A stretch of DNA of 64,000 bases from Sminthopsis crassicaudata (Eukaryota). Both the position numbers and the translations under genes were made by a program. The stretch is taken from NCBI RefSeq assembly GCF_048593235.1, contig NC_133617.1:665674958-665738957 (forward strand), written 5' to 3'. Below are positions 1-10,755 of the stretch, piece after piece; within the stretch, counting starts at the first letter, position 1, and each line of letters begins with the position of its first letter. Under the pieces are notes generated by a model. The model saw only the letters and a program-made list of their open reading frames with translations, had not been told where the DNA came from and searched no databases.

Positions 1-949
1 CAAGTTAAGAGGATCTTACAGCACTATTAAGGTTCTCTATCTTAGAGTCATGGCAACAGGAATGGAGAGTGCAAAAGCAAATGCTTACTACATTGTAGAA
101 GTAAAGGCAACAGGAGACTAATGAGTTGAAGTGGGAAACTGGACTCAGAAACCGTAGAGTCAAATCCCACCTCAAACACATAGTACACACAATCCTGGCC
201 ATGTCACTTCATGTCTCTGGGCCTCAGTTTCCTCATCTGTAAAAATGGGAAGACAGAACTGGATGGTTTCTAAAGATCATTCCAGGTCTAAATCTGTTAT
301 CTTTAGATCCTTTGACTGGTTGGATGCTGTGGAAAAGAAGACTGAAAAGTCACAGACGACTGACTTTTCGAATCCATGTGATGGAGCCTTAACAAAAGCA
401 GAGAAGTCTAGAGAAAGTATTTGTTTCTGATTAGGATGTGTTAAGTTTGAGGTGAGGTGGGCCATCCGGGTGAAGACTTTACTGATTTGGACAGAGGAGT
501 TGCCAACTAATCATCCACATGAGGATCAGGACAGTTTTAAGTTCTGTATAAGAGATTAATTTAGACATCAGAAGGAACTTATTGACAGAAAGGATGGATG
601 AATGAGGAAGTAAGGTTAGAGTCTGCATGGTCTTGTCCTCTAGAGCCCTTATGGAAATTAACCTGATTACAAATCTAAATGAAATCATCTATTTTCTCTC
701 TTATCTGTTCACTCCATTCTCTGAATGTGGGCTCTGCCTTTGTGGTTTTGAAAGATTGAATACATTTTACCTTTTAAAAGCACCTTCTCCCTATAGTTAG
801 GATCAGTGTCCCACAACAAGCTTAAGAAGCCCAAAGATCCTGTGTGGGAGAAGGAGCTCTCCTTCAAATTGGGACAGGGTTACATAGTCCAAAGGAGAGG
901 ATTGGGTAAGAATCTCAGCATTGATGAGTCCAAATTACTCCCAAATCAG

Positions 950-1500
950 GGACTTCCTATATTATAGTCCTGACAGGTAGACTTCCAGCCTTCATTTGAA
1001 GACCTCCAGTAAAAGGGGAATGCATTACCCCCATTCCATTCTGAGACAACTCTAATTGTTAGGAAATTCTTCCTTACATTAGTCAAAGTCTGAATTTCTG
1101 CAACTTCCCCTCCATTCCTTCTCATTCTGCCCTCTGGGCCAAGCAGAATAATCTAATCTTTCTTCCACATGACAGCCCTTCAGATACTTGAAGACAGAAA
1201 TCCTGTCCCTGCCTAAGGGGCTCCCCTGGCCCAGGTGAAAAGCAGTGAAAAGCTGTGATCTGTCTGGGTTCCCAGAAACCTAGTTATTGGGGGCCTGGAG
1301 ATCTCACATAGAGTCCTGGATGGACTTTGCTCAGGTCTGGGGAGAGGAACCAATTGGGGACTTTTGTGTGGTGAGAAATCACACTCTACCCTCTCTTGTA
1401 CCTTTGTAAGACTGTTTTCAAGGTTCCCCTTAAGGTTGCAGCATCTGCTTAGAAATATGGAAAGATGTTTAAAATCTGTCGTCTGATTCTTTAGGGTATA
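950..1500 (-). mobile_element. CR1/L3 LINE 3' fragment (degenerate)
   Basis: Segments such as 'gacagcccttcagatacttgaagacag' and 'ctgagacaactctaattgttaggaaattcttcct' resemble the reverse complement of the CR1/L3 3' region; boundaries approximate. Confidence 0.55.
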
Positions 1501-1613
1501 GATCCATGGGTGTACCCTAGCTGACCCCCACACCTCTCACAAACACCCCCGTTCTCCCCCCTCATCTCTGAATCTGGCTCCAACCTCCCTTGTCTTTCTC
1601 TGCCCCTCTACAG

Positions 1614-1879
1614 CCACCAGGGAGTCAGCTTTTGTCCACGCCATTGCCTCAGCTGGTGTGTCCTTCGCCGTGACCCGCTCCTGTGCAGAGGGCTCAGCTG
1701 CCCTCTGTGGCTGCGACACCCGCCACAAGGGCTCCCCAGGTGAAGGCTGGAAGTGGGGGGGCTGCAGCGAGGACGTGGAATTTGGCGGCATGGTATCCCG
1801 TGAGTTCGCTGATGCCCGAGAGAACCGACCTGATGCCCGCTCGGCCATGAACCGTCACAACAACGAGGCAGGGCGGCTG
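1614..1879 (+). CDS. WNT3A: WNT3A coding exon 3 (penultimate exon; phase 1 start, phase 0 end)
   Basis: Pyrimidine tract plus cag at 1611-1613; donor CTG|gtaggt at 1879/1880; 266 nt. Reads (A)TRESAFVHAIASAGVSFAVTRSCAEGSAALCGCDTRHKGSPGEGWKWGGCSEDVEFGGMVSREFADARENRPDARSAMNRHNNEAGRL. EFGGMVSRE and AMNRHNN match WNT3A rather than WNT3. Length matches the vertebrate WNT3A exon 3 as I recall it. Confidence 0.96.
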
Positions 1880-4800
1880 GTAGGTGGAGGCCTTAGGTTG
1901 GCCCCTGTGTTAGCCTCCTCCTCTCAGTCCCCTTTATTTCCTCTCTCACCTTAACCTTTTCCTCCTTTCCCTTAGTCACCCTTTTGTCCTCCTGAATCTC
2001 CTACACTTGGCTTCCCACTTCTTCCCTCACACCTTCTCATTAGTTCCCAATTCCAACACCATCCCTTCATTTACCCTCATCCTACTTCTCTCAATCCCTT
2101 CAATGTTCTCATATCCATTCCCTCTTTTCTCAGTTCACCACTTCCCATTTGCTTTCAGTCTTCCTTATCTGCTTCTCTCTCCCTAAGTACTTCACCTCTG
2201 TCTTCTTCTCCTGTCTCTACTTAATCTGACCCCTTCAGTCTCACCAGAGTTAGAGACCTGTCTTAAGGTACCTTTCTTAAGACCCTTAGGAACAGTAGAA
2301 TCCACCCTTTCCCCTTTCTTCTTGGGCCTTATTTAATTCCCTGAACTTCCATGGCTCAGTGGGAAAGAACATGGAGAGGTAGTCAGTCTCTTAGGCTAGG
2401 TTTCCATTTCCACTGTTTAGATTAAGGGCCTTTCTCTGAGGCTATACTCCAAGTCCCTACCTGGATGCTACGCTGACCTCCTTCCACACAAACTCCATAT
2501 GTCCTAATCTGAAACTAACAAATCCCCTAAATTTGACCCATGACCCTTGAGCCAAGAGTTGGGAAATGGAGGCAGGATAGTGGAGTAAAAGAGAAGGATG
2601 ACTCCTGGGTCAATCATAGCTAAAGGAGACTTGTGATGGAAAGATTTCAGAAAATGTGGTCCCACCCTCCACTCCCCAGTTATCTTTAGGAAATTCTCCT
2701 TTGAATTTAACTAGCTTTGGGATTGCTCCCAAGCCCAGACTTCTGGAGGAACCTGCCTCTGGGCTCTCCCTGCATTAGTTACCACTCCCTCATTGACAAA
2801 CTGAGTCTCAGAGGTTATTTGACTTTCCTGAGTCAAACAGCTAGAAGAATCTCTGGGCAGGCTCTTAAAGGATTAATAAATAAAATAATTGTCTTTATTG
2901 AACATCTGCCCTTTGTTCAGCCACATGGGATGGGGGGAGGGGAAGCAAAATCTAGTTGGCAAGCCATGATCCCCCATGCACAAAACAGAAACCGAGTATT
3001 TCATCAAGGGTGGAAGCCCTATAGGCTAAAGTGGTCAGGAATAACCAACAGTTATTAAAGTGCCTGTTTGTGTATGAGTTACTGTGCCAGACCCTGGGGA
3101 ACACAGAAAAGTGAAATAAAGCTCCAGCTCACTGTCCAGGAGCTATAATCCAGTAAGGGAGTGTCAAGATGCACCCTGTAAGGCAACAATCCTACATCCA
3201 AGTGTGGGTTCATGAGGTCATTGAATTAAAGCTGAAAGACATCATCGAAGTCTTGGAGTGGTCTTGAGAGTCTAACCATACCCACTCTCTTCTTTATAAA
3301 TGAGTCACTGAAATAGATAATGAATGGCAGAGCTGGGATTGAGGCCCTACCACCCCCACTCTAGTCCTCTGATTTCCCAGCATGAACCCATTCTGCTGAG
3401 TCTAATTTCATAGAAGAGGAAAATAAGGGCCAAGTAGGTAATCTTAGGATTTATAATTTAACAGGACCTCAGGAATAAATCTGCCTCTCTTCCACTCTAC
3501 CTCACATTTTATACAGATGAAATGCTTTTCCTACCATAGGACAAACCAGCAAGTGGCTGAGCCTACAGTGGAACTCAGGTCTTTTGACTCCAAATATGAT
3601 CTTCATTATATTTTATCATGCTACCATGGTCATACCTCAGCAAGTGAAGGGTGTGTAGGGCAATGTAGGCATTAGAAGCTATATGGGCAGTTACGGAGAC
3701 AGGAAAGTTTGAAATGTGTTTTTGAACTATGGTATCAGCATGAACTCACTGTAGAGGTGAGTACAGAAGAACCAAGAATGATGGATGTGGAGCCAGGGAG
3801 CTTTTCCACTTACTCTCTGTATAACTTCTGACAGTCCTCTGGGTGTTTGCTCATCTGTAAAATGGGGGACGTAGCAGAGGAGAGGGGATTAGACTAGATA
3901 GCATTTTGAGGTACTTTCTAACTTTTAAATCTGTGATCCCTATGAGTTATCCAGTTTGACTGGATCGGAGAGTATATGAAGGAAAGATATTAATCAAGAC
4001 CAAATTGGGACCTTGAATGAAAGTTTATAATCAGAAAGGTAGGACAAGAATTGTGCTTTACAAAGATTTACCTGGCAGCTCTGTACAGGATTGACCAAAT
4101 GGAGAGATACCGAAGGAGAAAAGGGAGGCTGCAGGGAGACTGTTGCAAAACTCCGGGGGCTGAGGGAGTGCGGGGAAGAGAGCAATCTAGATAGAAGATG
4201 CCGCAGGGCTAAGAGCAACAGTATATGGTGATGAGAGCTAGGCTACTGCTCGGTGAGAGAAGGAAGAGTCAAAGGTGATTCTGAGGTGTCTCCGGGAGGG
4301 GAACAGGGGAACAAATTGCAAGGGGCTGAAAGGTGAGTGGGTGTCAGAAACGGAGAGGCAGCAAGTATCAACAGCACTTTCTAAGAGTTTAGTAGCGACA
4401 GGAGGATACAGCGATAGCTTCAGGGAATATCAGGGTCAAGGAAAAGAAAGGGAAAACCTGAGTATGTCTGTAGCCAGAGCTGAATGAGTCAATCAATAGA
4501 AGGGAAGAGAAGATCCAAGTCCCTGCAGGCCCCAAGAAGAGGAAAAAAGCTTAAAATAAACAGCAAGGATTGTGGTCAGCCATGAGAAACATTGTTTACA
4601 CGTCAGCAAGCTCTACCCCTAGATACAGTATCGGGCAGAGTGTGGAGCACATGAACACAGTCAAGGGAGGAGAGTCAAAGAGTAAGGAGGGAAAGACAGA
4701 ATAACAGCTGGAGGGACTCAGCAGAGCATCCTCGCTGACAGCCCTTTATTTGACAAAGGAGAAAACTGAGAGCCAGGGTTGGGAAATCGCCTTGCTTCTG

Positions 4801-4952
4801 GAAATAGAGCCAGTGTGGCAGAGCCCGAGTTCAAGACAGCTCTTCTAGGCCCAGGACTGTTCCATTGGACAACTTTCCCTGTACATTCGGGACCCACTCC
4901 AAGGGTGTGTGAGAGGGAGGATAGGGAAGGCACTGGGTTCAAATCCTCGCTC

Positions 4953-5084
4953 TTTTTTTTTTTTTTTTAATTATTTTACTTTGCTGAGGCACTGGGGCTA
5001 AGTTTCTCCCCCAGGGTCCAAGTGTCTGCGGGCGGATTTGAACTCGGGTCCTCCTGACTTCAGGGCTGGTGCTCTATCCACTGC
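4953..5084 (-). mobile_element. Short tRNA-derived marsupial SINE (WSINE1-like)
   Basis: T-run (poly-A on -), then 'gaggcactggggctaag...gatttgaactcgggtcctcctgacttcagggctggtgctctatccactg', the reverse complement of a tRNA-like A/B-box head. Confidence 0.8.
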
Positions 5085-5293
5085 TCTTTATTTATTACTG
5101 CTAGGTCACACATCACTAATCTGGAAGATGGGGCGTTGGCTTCTTGGGCCAGCTCGAAACCTGTCATCCCGTCTCGCGGTCCCAACATCCGGGTCTTTCC
5201 GGCCTCCCCCGCCCCCACTAACGCGTAGGCCCAGCCCCTCCCCCTCAGAGCCAGGCTGCCGCTGACGTCCTCCCTCCCTCCCTCCCCTCGCAG

Positions 5294-5773
5294 GCCATCA
5301 TCGACCACATGCACTTGAAGTGCAAATGCCACGGGCTGTCGGGGAGCTGCGAGGTGAAGACCTGCTGGTGGTCGCAGCCCGACTTCCGCGCCGTGGGCGA
5401 CTACCTGAAGGACAAGTACGACAGCGCCTCGGAGATGGTGGTGGAGAAGCACCGCGAGTCCCGGGGCTGGGTGGAGACGCTGCGGCCCCGCTACAACTAC
5501 TTCAAGGCGCCCACGGACCGGGACCTGGTCTACTACGAGAGCTCGCCCAACTTCTGCGAGCCCAACCCGGAGACGGGCTCCTTCGGCACCCGGGACCGCG
5601 CGTGTAACGTCACCTCGCACGGCATCGACGGCTGCGACCTCCTGTGCTGCGGCCGCGGCCACAACACCCGGACGGAGAAGCGCCGCGAGAAGTGCCACTG
5701 CGTCTTCCACTGGTGTTGCTACGTCAGCTGTCAGGAGTGTACGCGGGTCTACGACGTGCACACGTGCAAGTAG
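5294..5773 (+). CDS. WNT3A: WNT3A coding exon 4 (terminal coding exon)
   Basis: Branch-like ctgac at 5262-5266, C-rich tract and cag at 5291-5293; 480 nt in frame with exon 3. Reads [31 protein letters not shown]...[14 protein letters not shown], with the Wnt [10 protein letters not shown] acylation motif, the Cys-rich C-terminus and WNT3A-type WWSQPDF, LRPRY and TRVYDV. Confidence 0.97.
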   Translation, partial: AIIDHMHLKCKCHGLSGSCEVKTCWWSQPDFRAVGDYLKDKYDSASEMVVEKHRESRGWVETLRPRYNYFKAPTDRDLVYYESSPNFCEPNPETGSFGTRDRACNVTSHGIDGCDLLCCGRGHNTRTEKRREKCHCVFHWCCYVSCQECTRVYDVHTCK

Positions 5774-5884
5774 AGCTGGCCTGGCGCGGGAGCGGGGGAG
5801 GGGCGGGGCCTTCCCTCGCCCCCCCTCCCACATGATGGACTCCCCCGCCCCTCCCCCCCAGGGCCCCACCCGAAAGAGCTCGTA

Positions 5885-6030
5885 GCTTTAGAGCTGGACG
5901 GGACCTCTGACGTCATTCAGTCCAACAGCCTCATTTTACCGAAGAGGAGACTTGAGGCCCGAAGAGGGGCGGCTCACACCGGTAGCAAGGACCGAGCTGG
6001 GATTCGAACCCGGGGCTTCAGACTCTGTCC
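5885..6030 (+). mobile_element. MIR/CORE-SINE fragment in 3' UTR
   Basis: 'tttagagctggacgggacctctgacgtcattcagtccaacagcctcattttaccgaagaggagacttgaggccc...gagctgggattcgaacccggg' matches the MIR-type layout seen many times in this window. Confidence 0.7.
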
Positions 6031-6314
6031 AACAGCTGCTTTGTGGGGCTGCGCTCTCTGTATTATCAAATCGGGCGCGAGGGCGCTCCGGAACGTGGTT
6101 TGTTGTTGGGGGTGGGGATGGGTGGGGGTGGGGTGTCCCGACTGGGTCCCGGTGTGGAACCGCCCCTCCACCGGTGCCGATCCGCAACTCACCGACAGCT
6201 TATTGTCTAAGGAGCTGCCTGGAAGCACTGAGAGGTGATGTCACACTGAAGAGTATAAAGTTACACAAACGGAAGGTCCTGGTATTATAGGGTCCTTCAT
6301 AGGAAAAAGTAGGG

Positions 6315-6500
6315 TCATAGGATTTAGAACTGGAAGGAGCCTGAGAGACGATCCAGACCGACCCCCTCATTTTGCAGAGGAGGGAACCGAGGCCAGAAAA
6401 AGGGAGGGACTTGCTTCGAGTCGCACAGCTGATGAGGAGTGGGAGTCAGGCCCCGAGCCGGGCCCCTGGTTCCGAATCCAGCCTCTTTCATCACCACTGC
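6315..6500 (+). mobile_element. MIR/CORE-SINE fragment in 3' UTR
   Basis: 'ggtcataggatttagaactggaaggagcctgagagacgatccag...ctcattttgcagaggagggaaccgaggccag' matches the MIR-type layout. Confidence 0.7.
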
Positions 6501-7116
6501 CTCCCTTCTTTGGGAGCCCGGGAAAGAAAGAAGCAGAGCTCTTGGCGGACTAGTCCGCTATAGGGGCAAACGATCTCCATGATCAGGCAAGAGGGTTGGC
6601 CTGGGATGAAGATATCAACCTGTGGAATGCCGGATGTTCTGAAACCCCCCCCAGGGGATCACTGGTCGGGGGAAAAGTCACCGCTGGCCCAGATAGCCTC
6701 CGATGCTATCTCTGAGAATTGTGCACCGGCTGGGATCCCAATCATCCCCAGGAAGAAAGAAACCACAAGCTTCCAGTCACACTCGGACTAACTCACAGCA
6801 TCATTACCATGAGTCTAGAGACTGATGTTCACCCTCAGCTGCTCATAGAACTGCATCTCCATCCGTTCTCACCAGAGCACACAGTGTGTACAAATTCACA
6901 TGCACAGGTGTGCCCACTCGATGCCTTCCGTGGTCTGTTTGCCATTTGGGGAGGTAGAAGGAAGTCTCCTCTGTATTCACTGGGGCAGGAACAGGGCAGG
7001 ATTGAGTTCCAAGGTTGGAACATGCTCAGCAGAGCGAGATTTCTGTTAGGTCTTTCTGGGATGTGGAATTCTGATCACCCCAAGAGCCAAGAGATAACTC
7101 TATGTCCCTCTCATTC

Positions 7117-7280
7117 TTTTTTTTATTTTACTTTATTTTATTTTTGCCGAGGCAGTTGGGGTTAAGTGACTTGCCAGAGTCACACAGCTAGGAAGTATTA
7201 AGTGTCTGCGGTGGGATTTGAACTCAGGTCCTCCTGACTTCAGGACCTGTGCTATATCCACTGTACCATGTAGTTGCCCC
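7117..7280 (-). mobile_element. Short tRNA-derived marsupial SINE (WSINE1-like) with TSD
   Basis: A-rich tail, CORE-like segment and tRNA head ending 'tagttgcccc'; imperfect 15-bp TSD tgtccct(c/g)tcat(t/c)ct at 7103-7117 and 7281-7295. Confidence 0.85.
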
Positions 7281-10200
7281 TGTCCCTGTCATCCTAAAAA
7301 CAAAAGAAATTGAACCCCTAGAATTGGCACAGGCTCTCCTTAATCATTCCTAGTTTCCCCAAAAAAGAAATATGACCCACAAGTGGCTCCCAGAGTTGAT
7401 AGGGCTGAGGGAATTGTTTCTCTTATTCTAACTTTCTCTGTACCCCAGCCCTGAGGAACCTATACCCACTTGTTCCATGGCTACCTAGAACTCTTCCCTT
7501 GTCCTTCTTCAAAGTCTTTCCACTTTCCCTGCCCCAGGTACTTCTCACCAATTTCTAAGAGAGAAGAGAGAGGGAAACTTGGTCAATTGAGTATCTGCTC
7601 CATAGCCATTGCTTTGTGGCCATGCAATCCCCTTCCAACTCAGTAATTCAGTCATTCTCATTAAAGGTAGATTTGAGGTGAGCGAAGGTCTCCCTCCCTT
7701 TCCCATCCCCTAAAACAACATGGTGGACTGCCCTCAGCATGGAGAACCACGAAGCTAGGACCTCTGAGATGGAGTTATTATTCTCCTCTCCCATCCCTTC
7801 AGTATTTCCTATATGCTTCCTTTAATCCCTCACCACTTCCACTTTCTTTCTCAGAGAGGTCAGTGGGATAGTCTGAAAGTCAAACCCATTACAAATCCTG
7901 GGGGAAGGGGAGGAAGCATTTGTGTGTGTATCTGTGTATATGTCCAAACGTTCTAGCTCTTTCATTTCTTCTCTCCTTTCTCTACTTTGCTGGATTGAAA
8001 CAAATTTCCAGAAACCTCTTCCTGACCAGGCAGAGGTTGGAGGCAAAGTCATCTGGTGTGTGAGTGTTTTTGAGGTTTGATCCTTTGAGTGACATCTCCC
8101 TCCTTTGTTCTTCATCTGGAAAAAATGGAGCTAATGCCAAATTAGGTCTTTTCTTCAAGGCCTCAGTTTCCCCTGGTTTTCCCTTTTGCCCTCGAACTCC
8201 CATCACCGATAAATGTGAAACTGGTCCTTCTGACTTCCATTTCTTTAGCTGGGATCCTGGTCTTCCATGGTCAGGGATGGGGGCCAGGGTGGGACTGGTA
8301 GGAGACAAGCAGTTTGCAAAGAGAATACTTTGCAGGTGATTGAGGGAGGGAGACGAATTCCTCTTCCTTTTTTTATTTTAAACTTTTATTTTAAATGCTG
8401 CTATATCAACGATACACTGGAACTAGACAAACAGACAAAATTTATTTTTTTTTTCTTTTCTTTCTATGAAAGAAATTGTTTTAGACTTAGCTTTAGGAAA
8501 TTTTTAAAAGAAAAAAAAAAAAAAAGAAATGTGAAGTTGTATGTTCAATTCCCAAGTTTCCAGGATCTCCCTGCAATGTGACAACCAGTGTTCAAGGACT
8601 CTCTGGATGTCACCTGACAAAACTTCTGGGAGAGAGTAGGGCCTTGGTGATGCTTGTGATTGTTGGCTCGCTGCTGTGTGTGATTGGACACAGCAAAGAG
8701 GGAGAAAAGGACATGGGCAGTCTTCTAAGCTCCCAACCTCTGTGGTCCTTAGCTGTTTCCCCATCCCTAAGAGGGGAAAGGAAGATCAAGGTAGATCATT
8801 CTCTCCCCCCATGCCTGAACCTTTGAAATCTGGCATAATAGAAGAGGAGGGGGCCCCCGTCACTGAGAAGAGCATGGCCCTTAGAACAAATATAGAAAGG
8901 GGGGTTGGATGAGGTAGACTGGGTTCCCACATTTGAAATCCAAATAAAAATCTTCTGTAAGCCTTTCTCCAAGTCCAAGGACTCTGGATTTTAGGCATTT
9001 GCCTACCTAATTCAACTCCTGGACTTAATTACCTCTGGGGCTCTTAAGATCATGGGAAGCCCTCAGAGCCCTGTGAATTAGCCCAATACCTCCTGCCTTA
9101 CTATGTGACTTGTTCCTTTATGATACAGGAGCTTCATCCTTGTCCCTCTGGGTTTCTTGGGACTAGTGGTGAGATACAAGATGAGATTTAGAGATGAAAA
9201 TATCTTTAGTAATTCAAGATATGTTTCTCTTCTGCTGGCTCACACCAAATCAATATTGGAATGTCCCCAAGTGCAATGGAATACTTAAGGGAAGTAGTGA
9301 GCTTCCTAATCTTGAAAATTTGCAAGCAGAGGTAGAATGATGACTAGGCAGGAATGTTATAGAGGGGAGACCAGTTAGACAATATTGCCTCTGAGGTCCT
9401 TTTCAATTCTGAGATTCAATAAGACAATTTATTTAAATGCTAAATGATTTCGGTAAGATAGTGGAGCTGGTCAAGATTCCTGATGAGAAATGAGATATCT
9501 GCTAAGTTCCTTTTTCTAGTGATTGCTCCTTCACAAAAAGGGCACCTCTTCCAGAAGAAGGACTTTTTAGACACTCTCTGCATCCCTGCTCTCTTATCTC
9601 AGTTTGGCTGTGTTTCTCCCTTTCCTGGGAGCTTTGTACCACAAGCCCTCCTATTCCATTGGCCTAGATTTTCAAGGGAGAGAAGTCTGATACCTTGTCT
9701 CACTCATGCTCCTCATTGTCCCTTCCCTAAAATTCCACAAAGGGACTCAAACCTGGTTGGCTATTTCCCTTGAATCCAGCCAGGACTTTGTTAGAGTTTC
9801 TTCTGGGTGACAGGAAGTCATAGACATGGCCAACACAGGAGTCTCTAGTATTTCTTCTAGGGCCTTCTTCCAGCTTTCCAATCTCAATTGCCCAAGGCCC
9901 ACCTCCAGAGAATCTTCTGAGTCCTTCCTTTCCCTACATTGCAGATTATAATAATTCCTATTTCTATAGCACTTTAAGGTTTGCCAAGGACTTTTTCTCA
10001 CAATGACCAACCCCATAAAGGGGTGGGGCAAAGATTATCATCCCCAATTTATATATGAGAAAACTAAAGATCAGAGAGGGAATTGACTTGCTCATCCTAT
10101 TATTACTAAGTGGTCAAACTGGGCTTCAAACCCAGTCTCCTGATTCCAAGTTTATTGTTTTTTTCATGACACCACATTTAACAAATATCAGAGCTGAGAA

Positions 10201-10749
10201 GTAACCTCAGAGGACGTCTGGTCCAAACCCCACCACCACCACAGAAGAAGAAACTGAATCTCAGAAAGGGGAAGAGTATCACCTAGGTCACATAGCCAGT
10301 CAGTAATAGAGTTGGGTCTTGGACCTATATCTCTTTTGACTCCCAGCACAGAATTCCTTATGCCAAAGTCTCTCCCCAAACAGACAGTCCCTTTATTGTG
10401 AATTGGGTTCCATCCACTGCTCTTTCCCTATGTCTAAAAGTATTACACTCTCATTTTTCCCTATTCACTATGCCTCATCCAGCCTGGTATCCCCTGGTTT
10501 CTGTACCCATTGATCACTTCTGTTTGTGGCTTTTTGTTTTTACAATTATTTATTTGACAGACAAGTGTCTTCTGTATTAGGGAGAGTTAATATTTTGCAG
10601 AAGGTGGTGGGGAATCATAGGAAGGGGAAAGGCTTCTTCATCCCCCAAGAAGTTTTCCCATTACCACAGCTCACCCACCAGGACATCGGTGATGGACTGG
10701 GTCTCTTGAGGCCACAGCAAGTTGTTAGATGTGTTAACTTTATATGGAT

Positions 10750-10755
10750 AATAAA
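10750..10755 (+). terminator. Candidate distal WNT3A polyadenylation signal (AATAAA)
   Basis: AATAAA preceded by U/AU-rich non-repeat sequence (10525-10600, including attatttattt) and followed ~25-50 nt later by a U/GU-rich tract (tctgtctttgtctctgctcctttttcc). Alternatives are ATTAAA at 7660 and AATAAA at 8943. Confidence 0.35.

Larger units (their letters stand above)
5160..6250. promoter_or_regulatory. CpG island over WNT3A terminal exon and proximal 3' UTR
   Basis: Abrupt rise in G+C and CpG density relative to CpG-depleted flanks; CpG remains elevated to ~6700. Edges estimated by eye. Confidence 0.85.

Noticed and set aside
1614-5773. Calling the gene WNT3 instead of WNT3A
   Set aside because: Diagnostic residues (EFGGMVSRE, AMNRHNN, WWSQPDF, LRPRY, TRVYDV) fit WNT3A; WNT3 has DFGVLVSRE, AMNKHNN and WWAQPDF.
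5060-5869. 269-aa antisense ORF over exon 4
   Set aside because: This is the expected shadow of a ~97% GC3 exon inside a CpG island. It has no recognisable domain and its 3' end runs into a SINE.
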